64,000 bases of DNA, taken from positions 1-64,000 of the IMG/VR virus record IMGVR_UViG_3300025872_000050. One strand, written 5' to 3'. Positions 48,046-57,474 of this stretch are shown here, piece by piece. Source of the stretch: a virus. Position 1 is the stretch's first letter; every line of letters starts with the position of its first letter. The position numbers were made by a program, and so were the translations under genes. A model generated the notes under the pieces. It was not told where the DNA came from and ran no database searches. It saw only the letters and a list, made by a program, of their open reading frames with translations.

Positions 48046-49140
48046 ATGTCCACAGTAGCGACCAAGACAGAGGTCTCGGTCGACCGCGACGAGCTGCTCA
48101 ACGCTCTCCTGTCCGTCGGAGGGTACGCAGCGAAGTCGCATCACGTCGACCAGTACCGCTGGCTCCGGCTGACCGTCACAGCCGACAGCGCGATGTTCTC
48201 GGCCAGCAACGGCGACGTCGCGGCGTCGCGGTACCTCTCGCTTTCGGGCCCGGAGATGGACATCCTCGTCCCGCGGCGTCTGATCGACGTCACCAAGGCG
48301 ATGCCGTCCGGCGCGACGCTCAAGCTGACGTTCGGGGATGGCAAGGTGAGCGTGTATGGAGGCAAGGGCACGACGCGCTTCAAGCTCGGGCTCTCGTCGC
48401 AGGAACCGCTCGGGATCGACACGGGCACGAGGCTCGACTGGAGCGACGCCATCGTCCTCACCCAGAGGACGCTGGACGCGTTCGCAGTCGCGTCTCAGTT
48501 CTGCGGGTACGACCCCTCGCGGCCGATGCTCCAGAACGTCCAGCTCAAGGACGGGATGATGATGTCGACCGACACGCACCGCATGTTCTGCGCCAAGGTC
48601 GACGGCATCGATCTCGACGACCTCGCGATCCCGGGCTCGGTCATCGGGCAGCTGAACAACTTCGGCGCGGCCCAGCTCATGTTCAACGACTCCACCGTCT
48701 ACGGGCGCAACAGCGACTTCTTCTTCCGCGCTCGCCGGATCGACGGTGCGTTCCCGGACCTGTCCACCATGATCCAGAACGTCCTGGACACGGACGGCTC
48801 GTTCAACGTGGGCGTCGACGCAGACTCGCTGATCGACGCGCTCAACAGCGTCGCGGTCATCTCGTCCGGGCCGTCGCAGACCATCTCGATGAAGCTGGGC
48901 GAGGGTCAGCTGGCGCTCGACTTGACGAACCAGGACGGCGACGCTCGCGAGGAGGTCTCAGCCACGGACTCTCGCGACCTGCGGGTCGGCTTCAACCTCG
49001 AGCAGCTCCGGAGCGGGCTCAAGCTGTTCTCCGGCAAGAAGCTCACGATGACGTTCGTCAACGAGCTGCGACCCGTCGTGCTGTCCAGCCCAGACGCGAC
49101 GGACGAGACCCGATTCATGATCGCACCGGTGCGGATCTGA
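48046..49140 (+). CDS. dnaN: DNA polymerase sliding clamp (beta subunit homologue)
   Basis: 364 aa; 'SRPMLQNV', 'STDTHRM', 'IDGAFPD', 'VGFN', 'LRP', C-terminal 'MIAPVRI'; TATAAT at 48011 and AAGGAGG RBS. Confidence 0.85.
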   Translation: MSTVATKTEVSVDRDELLNALLSVGGYAAKSHHVDQYRWLRLTVTADSAMFSASNGDVAASRYLSLSGPEMDILVPRRLIDVTKAMPSGATLKLTFGDGKVSVYGGKGTTRFKLGLSSQEPLGIDTGTRLDWSDAIVLTQRTLDAFAVASQFCGYDPSRPMLQNVQLKDGMMMSTDTHRMFCAKVDGIDLDDLAIPGSVIGQLNNFGAAQLMFNDSTVYGRNSDFFFRARRIDGAFPDLSTMIQNVLDTDGSFNVGVDADSLIDALNSVAVISSGPSQTISMKLGEGQLALDLTNQDGDAREEVSATDSRDLRVGFNLEQLRSGLKLFSGKKLTMTFVNELRPVVLSSPDATDETRFMIAPVRI

Positions 49141-49334
49141 TGGCTGCCGATATTCGTTACTACGAGGCGATCGCTCGCAAGCTGGTCGACATCGGCGCGG
49201 AGCTCGATCCTGAGCACCAAGCGGCATGGGACGAGATCGACAGAGGCGAGCAGAACTTCGCCATCGAGGTCATCCGCAAGGCCGTCGACGACAAGATCAT
49301 CGAGCCAGGCGTCTGGCTCTTTCCCAAGCCGTAG
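49140..49334 (+). CDS. Small hypothetical protein
   Basis: TGATG coupling to the upstream gene. Confidence 0.5.
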   Translation: MAADIRYYEAIARKLVDIGAELDPEHQAAWDEIDRGEQNFAIEVIRKAVDDKIIEPGVWLFPKP

Positions 49335-49343
49335 GAGGCTGCA

Positions 49344-50612
49344 ATGAAGCTGTTCTGGTACGACCGCGGGCTCTGCAACCAGAGCTCAGCGATCGCGAAC
49401 CTCCCCGAAGAGGACGAAGTCTTCATGGTCTTCAGCCCGGGGCTCAAGCACACCGAGCCGAACATGACCGGCAACGAGCTCTGGAAGGTGCCGCTGCTGC
49501 ACCACCTTGCAGACTCGGGTCACGAGATCACGCGCGGGTCGACTCGCAGGATCGAGCCGTCGGAGGAGCGGGACTTCGACCTGCGTCGCCTGCGCGACAT
49601 GTACCCCGAGTACGGAGCCTTCGTCCGCGATCGCGACCCGATGCTGGACACGGCGATCTGGGACATCCACAAGGAGCTCGAGCAGGAGTACATCAAGGAG
49701 GGCGTCGGCGACCGCATCAACACGGCCGACGTCATCAAGAAGTGGCTCAAGGAGAAGCCGTTCGGCACCGGGCCGGACGTCGACCTAGCGCTGTTCATCG
49801 TCATGAGGAGCAACCCGATCTCTGCTCTCGAGCAGACGTACCAGATCGCCATGTTCCTCATGCGCGGCATCCCGGTCATGCTCTGGGACCACGATCGGCA
49901 GATCGCCGGCACCGCTCGCAGCCTCATGCACGGCGGGCTCGACTGGCCGCACCCGCTGATCACGGTCATCGCTCCGTACGACGTCGACAACAACTGGGGA
50001 GTCCCGGAGCTGATCGACTTCCCCTACACGGAGCACCTCGAGACCTACACGCCGATCGCGGAGCGCGAGTACCCGGGGCAGGTCTACTGCGGCAACGACT
50101 ACGCTCGCGACGCGGAGTTCGCCGCGTACGTCTTCCCGCAGGCCGCCGCCGGCACGCCCACGTGGATCTGGGGCAAGTTCGACGGCCCTGACGGGCTCGA
50201 CAAGCAGACCAAGTGGCCGATGGTCAACTGGATGGGGCGCGTGCCGGCGAACAAGGTCCCGCGCAAGCTGGCACAGGGCCTCTTCACCGTCAACATCGTC
50301 AAGAACACGTACCCCAAGATCGGCCTCATCACGCAGCGCACGTTCGACTCCGTCTGCTACGGCACGCTGCAGATGGCGGACGGCAAGATCCACCGCATCG
50401 GGAAGTACGTCCCCGAGGACTACATCGTCCGCTCCGAGCGCGAGGCCGTCGAGCTCGGACAGAAGATCCTCACGTACAGCGACGAGGAGTACCGCGACGA
50501 GCTCCAGAAGCAGCGGGCGCTCGTGAAGACCAACACGCTGGAGGGCTACTTCTTCCCGCGGTTCGACGAGCTCATGGAGCTCGCCCTCTCAAAGGCTGGT
50601 GTGGCTGCGTGA
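49344..50612 (+). CDS. GT-B glycosyltransferase, candidate DNA base glycosyltransferase
   Basis: 'MLWDHD', 'VYCGNDYARD', 'IWGK', 'WMGRVP', 'Y..IGLITQR.F'; clustered with the TS homologue. Confidence 0.65.
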   Translation: MKLFWYDRGLCNQSSAIANLPEEDEVFMVFSPGLKHTEPNMTGNELWKVPLLHHLADSGHEITRGSTRRIEPSEERDFDLRRLRDMYPEYGAFVRDRDPMLDTAIWDIHKELEQEYIKEGVGDRINTADVIKKWLKEKPFGTGPDVDLALFIVMRSNPISALEQTYQIAMFLMRGIPVMLWDHDRQIAGTARSLMHGGLDWPHPLITVIAPYDVDNNWGVPELIDFPYTEHLETYTPIAEREYPGQVYCGNDYARDAEFAAYVFPQAAAGTPTWIWGKFDGPDGLDKQTKWPMVNWMGRVPANKVPRKLAQGLFTVNIVKNTYPKIGLITQRTFDSVCYGTLQMADGKIHRIGKYVPEDYIVRSEREAVELGQKILTYSDEEYRDELQKQRALVKTNTLEGYFFPRFDELMELALSKAGVAA

Positions 50613-51370
50613 CCGCGCGAGAGCACCTCAGCCAGCTCCCGATGTACTACATCAACCTCGACAAGGACGTCTCGCGCCACACGGGGTTCCTCACGGAGAT
50701 GGCTCCGCTCTTCGGGTCCGCGACCAGGATCGCGGGCATCGAGGGGTGGACGCTCCCGGACGAAGAGGTCGTCGCGTTTCGCCTGCGGCACGCCGAACAC
50801 GCCGGCAAGCCTGCGCCGACCAAGTGGACGGAGCGGGTTTGGCGCATCGCGCGTGGGATGCTCGGGTGCTCGCGCTCGTTCCAGCTCGCGCTGCGGACGG
50901 GGCTCGAAGCGGGTCACGAGCGGTTCGTCCTGTGCGAGGACGACGCGAGGCCCCGCCTCGAGCTGCTGGACATCGTCGAGCCTCCTGGCGGCGACATGGT
51001 CGGGTGGGGAGGCATGCAGTTCGCCGCAGCCGCGACGGACGACGCGCTCTTCCTCTCCGGAAAGCCGCACCGCTGGAAGCCGCTCGACAAGCCGCAGCAC
51101 GGGTCGCACGGGTTCTTCTGCATGCACTGCTACGAGGTCACGCCTCGGTTCGCGGAGGCCCTGCTCGAAGTCATGGCGCTCGAGGACCGCTATAACGATT
51201 GGTGCTGGAACGTGCTGTGGGGGCCGCGGTTCACCGCATGGCAGAGCCTGCCGCAGGTCTTCTGCATCAGGTCTGGGAACCTGAGCACCATCCGTGGGAC
51301 GGTCTCCGCGAACGGCAGGACGGACAGCTTCAACCCAGTACCCCAACTCACCCAGGAGCCGCTGCTATGA
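50609..51370 (+). CDS. Glycosyltransferase family 25-like
   Basis: 'YYINLDKD..R', 'GCSRS', 'VLCEDDA'. Confidence 0.75.
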   Translation: MTAREHLSQLPMYYINLDKDVSRHTGFLTEMAPLFGSATRIAGIEGWTLPDEEVVAFRLRHAEHAGKPAPTKWTERVWRIARGMLGCSRSFQLALRTGLEAGHERFVLCEDDARPRLELLDIVEPPGGDMVGWGGMQFAAAATDDALFLSGKPHRWKPLDKPQHGSHGFFCMHCYEVTPRFAEALLEVMALEDRYNDWCWNVLWGPRFTAWQSLPQVFCIRSGNLSTIRGTVSANGRTDSFNPVPQLTQEPLL

Positions 51371-52089
51371 AGGTCTCATGCGTCATGCCCGTCTGCGGGA
51401 GGCTCGACTTCACCCGCAAGGCTGTGGACTACTTCTTCCGACAGACGGAGGCTGACTCCGAGCTCATCATCGTCGACGACTGGGACGAGCCGACACGCAC
51501 CGTCTACGAAGAGGCGCTCGACATCCCGACGTGGAAGCCACGCATCCGCTACGTGCGAGGGTACGCAGCAGAGATGCCTGCTGGGCCTAAGCGCAACATG
51601 GGCGCCGCAGCTGCGATCGGCGAGTACATCCTCCACTGGGATGACGATGACTGGTACGCTCCCACGAGGATCGAGCACCAGATCTCCCGTCTCGAGGGCA
51701 ACGACGACGTGGACATCACGTGGATGCCCAACGCCGTCTCGTTCTACATCAACACAGGATCGTCATGGGTGCCTCGTCCCGACTCGCACTGGCTCACGAA
51801 CGGGACCGTGGTCCTCGGAGGCTCGCTCGCGTACAAGCGGCACGTGTGGGACGCGGGTGTGCGCTACGAGAACCGCACGTACGCCGACGAAGAGAACTTC
51901 TGCCGCGACGCACGAAAGATGGGGTTCAAGCAGGAGCGCGACGTCACGCCTGAGCAGTGGATGATCATCAGGCACGACGGCCACGGGCGCAAGCATCGGC
52001 CGGGCCCATCAATGATGGCCGGCAAGCCGACCTACGTCCCCGAGAGCGATCTCGAGTTCTACCGCATGATGGGAGGGGCGCTGCTGTGA
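51367..52089 (+). CDS. Glycosyltransferase family 2
   Basis: 'VSCVMP', 'ELIIVDD', 'KRN.G', 'HWDDDDW'. Confidence 0.88.
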   Translation: MKVSCVMPVCGRLDFTRKAVDYFFRQTEADSELIIVDDWDEPTRTVYEEALDIPTWKPRIRYVRGYAAEMPAGPKRNMGAAAAIGEYILHWDDDDWYAPTRIEHQISRLEGNDDVDITWMPNAVSFYINTGSSWVPRPDSHWLTNGTVVLGGSLAYKRHVWDAGVRYENRTYADEENFCRDARKMGFKQERDVTPEQWMIIRHDGHGRKHRPGPSMMAGKPTYVPESDLEFYRMMGGALL

Positions 52090-52733
52090 TCAGCGTCGTC
52101 ACGCCCAGCCTCAACCAGGGCCGCTTCATCCGCAAGAACATCGAGTCGGTGCTTGACCAGGACGTGGTAGCTGAGCACATCGTCATCGACGGCGGCAGCA
52201 CAGACGAGACGCTGAGCATCCTGGCCGAGTACCCTCATCTGAAGTGGGTGAGCGAGCCGGACAGCGGGCAGTCTGAGGCGATCAACAAAGGGCTGCGCAT
52301 GGCGACGGGCGACATCTTGGTCTGGCTCAACAGCGACGACATGCACATGCCGCAGACGTACGGGCTCGTGCAGGTCTTGCTCGAGGAGAGCGACGTGATC
52401 GCAGGCAACTGCTACGCGATCCAGATGGACGGGTCGTGGAAGCTACATCGTGCGAGGTTCACGTGCCTCGCAGACCTCATGAGCAAGCACTACCACGTAC
52501 ATCAGCCCGCCGTCTTCCTGAAGCGCAAGGTGTACGAAGAGGTTGGAGACTTGAGGGAGGACCTGCACCTGATCATGGACTTCGACTACTGGGTCAGAGT
52601 CATCTTGGCTGGGTTCCGAGTGACTACGGTCAAACACGCTCTGGCCGCGGTGCACAGGCATCCGGACGCCAAGACGGGCGTCAGCTACGCGCAGTACAAC
52701 CGTGAACGTATGAGTTACATCAAGGAGCTGTGA
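52086..52733 (+). CDS. Glycosyltransferase family 2
   Basis: 'ISVVTPSLNQG', 'IDGGSTD', 'SEPDSGQSEAINKG', 'WLNSDD'. Confidence 0.9.
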   Translation: MISVVTPSLNQGRFIRKNIESVLDQDVVAEHIVIDGGSTDETLSILAEYPHLKWVSEPDSGQSEAINKGLRMATGDILVWLNSDDMHMPQTYGLVQVLLEESDVIAGNCYAIQMDGSWKLHRARFTCLADLMSKHYHVHQPAVFLKRKVYEEVGDLREDLHLIMDFDYWVRVILAGFRVTTVKHALAAVHRHPDAKTGVSYAQYNRERMSYIKEL

Positions 52734-53098
52734 TGCCTGAAGACATCGGTCCCGGCCACAAGTTCGACGACGGAAAGCCGAAGGTCGACCTCGTCGACCC
52801 GGAGTTCATCTACGACGTCGCGATCGCAGCGGAGTACGGCGCCAAGAAGTACGCGCCGTGGAACTGGCTCGGCGGCTTCGCGTACATGCGCTGCTTCGCA
52901 TCGATCATGAGGCACCTGCTGGAGTGGGCTCGAGGGCGCGACGTGGACGAGGAGTCCGGGCTGCCCCACCTCAGTATGGCGGCCGCTCAGCTGATGTTTC
53001 TCATGCACCAAGTCCGCAGGCCCGAGCAGTACGGGCACCTGGACGACCGCCCCAAGTTCGAAGACGTCGAGATCAAGAAGGAGGATGATCGCTGGTGA
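52730..53098 (+). CDS. dNTP diphosphohydrolase (DUF5664, dATP/dGTP diphosphohydrolase family)
   Basis: 'KFDDGKP..DL', 'YGAKKY...NW', 'RHL', 'DEESGLPHL'. Confidence 0.85.
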   Translation: MMPEDIGPGHKFDDGKPKVDLVDPEFIYDVAIAAEYGAKKYAPWNWLGGFAYMRCFASIMRHLLEWARGRDVDEESGLPHLSMAAAQLMFLMHQVRRPEQYGHLDDRPKFEDVEIKKEDDRW

Positions 53099-53874
53099 GC
53101 CTACGAGTGATAGATCGGCTCTCGATGCGCTACCCGGATCTGCTGAAGGAGGTGCTCGCGAAAGGCGCTGATGTCGAGAGTCGCGTGGGCATGACGCGCG
53201 AGCTGATCGCGTACAACCTCGTGCTGACGGAGCCCAAGCACTGCGTCGTCGATCGCGACGGCTTCAGCCGCGAGTTCATGGACGCTGAGATCGCGATGCT
53301 GCTCGCCGGCGTGTACGACAGCGGCATCATCCAGAGCATCTCGCGGAAGGCGGGAACGCTCATGGCGCCGGCGACGGCTTACGGGCCCCGCATCAAGACG
53401 CAGATCTTCTCAGCGAGGAACGAGCTCAGGAACGATCGCTCAAGCCGACGAGCCGTCGTCTACGTCGGCCACGCAGACGACCTCTACAACGCCACGACGT
53501 CGCCGCTGTGGAAGGGCGAGATGCCCTGCACGATGACGTGGCAGTTCCTCGTACGAGACGCGAAGCTGCACATGATCGTCAACATGCGGTCGTGGGACCT
53601 CGTCTGGGGTCTGTGCTACGACGTGCCGTCGTTCGTCTCAGTCCAGAAGGCGCTGTCCAGGGACCTCAAGATCCCGATGGGCCACTACTACCACAACGCG
53701 GGATCGGCGCACGTGTACGAGCACCATTTCGGCGTCGAAGCTCGGCCCAACCTGCACGGAAAGCTCAAGCTAGACATCGTCGCGAACGAGCTCGAGCAGA
53801 CGCGCATGCTCGCGATCGGGCGAGTGTCGAAGCTGCGCGGCACGGCTCCCCTTCACCGCGAGGACCTTCCGTGA
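53095..53874 (+). CDS. Thymidylate synthase homologue with a dCMP-type specificity residue (dCMP hydroxymethylase-like)
   Basis: AYGPR, SRRAV, PCT (catalytic Cys), MRSWDLVWGLCYD (Asp where TS has Asn), GSAHVYE. Confidence 0.8.
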   Translation: MSLRVIDRLSMRYPDLLKEVLAKGADVESRVGMTRELIAYNLVLTEPKHCVVDRDGFSREFMDAEIAMLLAGVYDSGIIQSISRKAGTLMAPATAYGPRIKTQIFSARNELRNDRSSRRAVVYVGHADDLYNATTSPLWKGEMPCTMTWQFLVRDAKLHMIVNMRSWDLVWGLCYDVPSFVSVQKALSRDLKIPMGHYYHNAGSAHVYEHHFGVEARPNLHGKLKLDIVANELEQTRMLAIGRVSKLRGTAPLHREDLP

Positions 53875-54278
53875 AGAAGCGTCAGCTCCGCTACCTCATG
53901 GACATCGCAGACCTCACCGCGGCGATGTCGCGCTGCAAGCGGCTTCAGGTCGGAGCTGTCCTCGCCAGCGTGGACCTCACCCAGTTCGTCGTCGGCTACA
54001 ACGGCGGCGTCAAGGGCGGGCCCAACACGTGCCTGCGCGAGGACGAGGGCGCGTGCGGCTGCGTCCACGCGGAAATGAACGCGATCGCCAAGGCGACCGC
54101 CGGCGTGCATCGCGTCGCGATCCTCACGGTATCCCCGTGCGAGCTGTGCGCGACGCTACTGGCCAACGCAGGCGTGACGCACGTCTACTACCACTACCTC
54201 TACCGTGAGAGCCTCAGAGGGATCGAGGCGCTCGATCGGGGCGGAGTTGTGCGCTTCACGTGGGAGGAAGTGCTGTGA
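53871..54278 (+). CDS. dCMP deaminase-like protein
   Basis: 'C.RLQVGAV', 'GYNG', 'HAEMNAI', 'SPCELC'. Confidence 0.85.
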   Translation: MKKRQLRYLMDIADLTAAMSRCKRLQVGAVLASVDLTQFVVGYNGGVKGGPNTCLREDEGACGCVHAEMNAIAKATAGVHRVAILTVSPCELCATLLANAGVTHVYYHYLYRESLRGIEALDRGGVVRFTWEEVL

Positions 54279-56191
54279 ACCTGCTCGAGCAGTTCGACGA
54301 CTTCGACGCGCGAGAGCTCGTCTCGGCTGATACAGTGCTGCAGCTGTGGCGCGAAGACCGTCCCGCAGTCGTGGCGCTCGACACGGAGTCTCCCACATGG
54401 CGCTGGTACGAGTCCGACGCCGACCCGTTCGCGGTGACGCTCTCGTGGGGCCGCGACCGCACGTTCTACGTCGTGACCCGCAACGAGGACGCCGTCTACC
54501 AGAAGACGCACTACGTGGACGACCCGGGGAACCATCGCATCCGCGAGGACGCGGCGAAGATGGTCTTCGAGATCTTCAACGACACGCCGACGATCGTCAT
54601 GCACAACGCGAAGTACGACCTCCACGTCTTCAAGCGCATGTTCGACGCTCACGGGCTCGAGCTGATGGAGCGCGAGGTGCACGACACGATGATCATGAGC
54701 CCGATCCTCAACGAAAAGAGGCACCACGGCCTCAAGGAGCTCTCTACGGCGCTCGGGATCAGCTACGACACCGACGGGACTCCCGCCGACTTCTACCGCT
54801 CGCAGATCGATGGGTGGCGCGAGTCGCAGGCCAAGGTCGAGGGGCGGGAGATCCGCTACGACGAGGTCCCGCTTCGGCTCATGGTGCCGTACGCAGTGGG
54901 CGACGCCTACCTCACGCTCGCGCTCTTCGCCGAGTTCATGCACGAGATGGAGAAGACGTCCGCTCCTCAGTCCAAGCCTTTCGCGGAGCGAGACCTGCCT
55001 CGGATCTACGCGACCGAGCTCGATGTCATGTGGGTGCTCTTCTGGGCAGAGGAGAGAGGCATGCGCATCGACCTCGACTTCGTCAACACGCGCATCGCTG
55101 AGCTGACGCCGACCATCGAAGAGATCAGGGTGGAGATGACTCAGCAGCTCGGCTGGGACATGAACCCCGGCTCGACGGACGATGTCGCGAAGGCGCTGGA
55201 GCAGTTCGGCATCAAGGGCGACTGGGTCAACCCGCGCACGGGCAGGGTCAAGCTTCCAGAGTGGGTTCTCGAGGGCCTCGACCACCCGTTCGCCAAGCGC
55301 GTCCTGGAGTACCGTTCCGCGACCAAGATGCTCGGGTCGTACTACGAGCACCTTGCTCAGCAACATCGCATGATCGGCGAGCTCGCGATCATCAGCTGCA
55401 ATTTCAAGCAGATGGGCGCACGCACTGGGCGCATGAGCATCACAGAGCCCGCGCTCCAGACGATCCCGCGCGAGAAGGGCGGGGTGAGAGGGGCGTTCAT
55501 CGCGCGACCCGGGCATCAGCTCATCTTCGCCGACTTCAAGGCGCAGGAGCTTCGCGTGCTCGGGCACTACATGGCCAAGGTCGGAGACGACTCCATGCTC
55601 CGCATCTTCGAGCAGGACGACCCAGACCCGCATCGCGAGACCGCCGCAGCGATGTACCGCGTCCGCCCCGAAGAGGTCACCAAGCAGATGCGGGCCGACG
55701 GCAAGACGATGAACTTCGCCATCGTCTACGGAGCGGGCCAGCAGAAGATCGCGGACATGCTCGGCGTCGAGCTCGACCAAGGCAAGAAGATGCTCTACGC
55801 GTTCTACGATCGGTTCCCCGGCATCCGCAAGCTGAAGAGCGCCACCGAACAGGCCATGCGCGAGCGCGGCTACATCGTCACGGTCTTCGGCCGCAGGCAT
55901 CGTGAAGAAGAAGGGCGGTTCGCGTACAAGGCTGTGAACTCCCTCGTCCAGGGGACGTCAGCTGACCAGGCGAAGAGCGCGATGGTGCGACTGCATCGCC
56001 GGTTCGAGAAGGACGGCATGCGATCGCGCGTTCTGCTGCAGATCCACGACGAAGTCGTGGTCGAATGTCCGGAGGAAGAGCTCGATCTGGCTCGAGAGAC
56101 GGTCAGAGCAGTCATGTGCGACTGGCCAGAGCTCCTCGTACCCATGGATGTGGACATCAACCACGCGACGCGCTGGTCGGACGCAAAGTAA
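54275..56191 (+). CDS. polA: Family A DNA polymerase with 3'-5' exonuclease
   Basis: LDTE, HNAKYD, TGRMS..P.LQ.IP, ADFKAQELR, K.MNFAIVYG, VQGTSAD, QIHDE. Confidence 0.95.
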   Translation: MNLLEQFDDFDARELVSADTVLQLWREDRPAVVALDTESPTWRWYESDADPFAVTLSWGRDRTFYVVTRNEDAVYQKTHYVDDPGNHRIREDAAKMVFEIFNDTPTIVMHNAKYDLHVFKRMFDAHGLELMEREVHDTMIMSPILNEKRHHGLKELSTALGISYDTDGTPADFYRSQIDGWRESQAKVEGREIRYDEVPLRLMVPYAVGDAYLTLALFAEFMHEMEKTSAPQSKPFAERDLPRIYATELDVMWVLFWAEERGMRIDLDFVNTRIAELTPTIEEIRVEMTQQLGWDMNPGSTDDVAKALEQFGIKGDWVNPRTGRVKLPEWVLEGLDHPFAKRVLEYRSATKMLGSYYEHLAQQHRMIGELAIISCNFKQMGARTGRMSITEPALQTIPREKGGVRGAFIARPGHQLIFADFKAQELRVLGHYMAKVGDDSMLRIFEQDDPDPHRETAAAMYRVRPEEVTKQMRADGKTMNFAIVYGAGQQKIADMLGVELDQGKKMLYAFYDRFPGIRKLKSATEQAMRERGYIVTVFGRRHREEEGRFAYKAVNSLVQGTSADQAKSAMVRLHRRFEKDGMRSRVLLQIHDEVVVECPEEELDLARETVRAVMCDWPELLVPMDVDINHATRWSDAK

Positions 56192-56228
56192 GATAATCGG
56201 ATTCGGTATATTACCGAACCCGTAAACT
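56192..56228 (+). promoter_or_regulatory. Repeated intergenic motif A, copy 4
   Basis: gataatcggattcggtatattaccgaacccgtaaact; perfect dyad TTCGGTA-tat-TACCGAA. Confidence 0.7.
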
Positions 56229-56235
56229 CAAGATC

Positions 56236-56430
56236 TTGGAGGATCGCTCAGTGGCACGCAACACACTTCAGAACCGCATGGAGATCCTGCACGACCGGCT
56301 GGAGAAGGCGAACTTGAAGCATCGACGTCGAGTGCTCGCCATCTCAGATGACTATCAGACCAAGCTGAACGCAGAGCGCGCGAGGCACGCAGCGGAAGTG
56401 AGCAAGATCCGTGAACGGCTACGCGACTAG
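56236..56430 (+). CDS. Small coiled-coil protein (start may be GTG 56251)
   Basis: GGAGG upstream of GTG 56251. Confidence 0.5.
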   Translation: MEDRSVARNTLQNRMEILHDRLEKANLKHRRRVLAISDDYQTKLNAERARHAAEVSKIRERLRD

Positions 56431-56857
56431 CACGCACGTGCCGATCGACGCGCGCATGCTCGCGATCGATCCCGGCGACGTTCACGTCGGGGTGTCGTGC
56501 TGGGCCAACCGAAGATGGCAGTACGCTGAAGAACTGACTCAAGCTCAACTATGGGAGGTGATCACCGGGTGGCGACCTACGTTGATCGTCTTGGAGCGCT
56601 TCCACCTCTATCCGTGGATGGCGAAGACGCAGTCGTTCTCCACGATGCCTACGTCTCAGCTGATCGGGGCGATCAAGCGCACGGCCGAGGTCAACGGGAT
56701 CCACTTGGTGGAGCAGCAGACGCAGGTGCTCAACCTCACGCGCAAGACGCCCTACTACAAGAACCACATCGCAGAGCACGGGAAGCCGTGGTCGGAGCAC
56801 GCGGAGAGCGCGCTGCTCCATGGCCTGTACTACCTCAACCTGGGGAAGGGGTCGTGA
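56411..56857 (+). CDS. RuvC-like Holliday junction resolvase
   Basis: 'LAIDPG...G', 'IVLERF', 'H..SA..H'. Confidence 0.7.
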   Translation: MNGYATSTHVPIDARMLAIDPGDVHVGVSCWANRRWQYAEELTQAQLWEVITGWRPTLIVLERFHLYPWMAKTQSFSTMPTSQLIGAIKRTAEVNGIHLVEQQTQVLNLTRKTPYYKNHIAEHGKPWSEHAESALLHGLYYLNLGKGS

Positions 56858-57474
56858 CCAACGAGCTTCCAACACAGATGCCTTGTGGGCATTGCGGCTA
56901 CAAGCATCACAAGAAGTCCGGCTGGCTGAAGTACTACGTCGGAGCTCTCGTCTGCCCGCGTTACGTGTCCCTGTTGCTTGAAGAGGTGGAGAGCTGGGGC
57001 ATGCCCTTTCCAGCGACGGTGAAGCCGGGCAGGGAGCACAACCTCAAGAAGTGCAACGCTCCGGAGGACAAGTTCTGCGCCCACAAGGGGACGCCTGACG
57101 ATCGCGGCATCAAGCGCTGCCTCTCGCCTGACGGGTTCAGCGCTGGGATCAGGGCTGAGAACAAGCTCAAGATCTTGGACAACGGCGAGGTCGATCGCAA
57201 CGACGCCCTGCAGTGCGAGCACATCGGGACGTTCGTCCGCCAGCGCGTCAAGCCTAGTGGCATCCGCGCACGACCGCACGGTTCCAAGAACCACAAGGTC
57301 TATGAGGGCAACCTGATGCCGTCGAGCGGAGACGCGAGGAAGTCGCTCGTGTACCGCGAGCTGTGGCGCCGGATCGAGTACCTCAAGATGCATAACATCG
57401 CCCCGACCCCTGAGCGCATCGCGTTCCTCGCAGGACATGCAGCCTGGAAGAAGGGCGACGTCCACGTTGACTAA
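56854..57474 (+). CDS. Cys/His-rich basic hypothetical protein
   Basis: GTGA overlap. Confidence 0.55.
   Translation: MTNELPTQMPCGHCGYKHHKKSGWLKYYVGALVCPRYVSLLLEEVESWGMPFPATVKPGREHNLKKCNAPEDKFCAHKGTPDDRGIKRCLSPDGFSAGIRAENKLKILDNGEVDRNDALQCEHIGTFVRQRVKPSGIRARPHGSKNHKVYEGNLMPSSGDARKSLVYRELWRRIEYLKMHNIAPTPERIAFLAGHAAWKKGDVHVD

Noticed and set aside
52730-56191. Z-genome (2-aminoadenine) system suggested by DUF5664 plus a family A polymerase
   Set aside because: No PurZ or DatZ homologue is visible, and the neighbours point to cytosine chemistry
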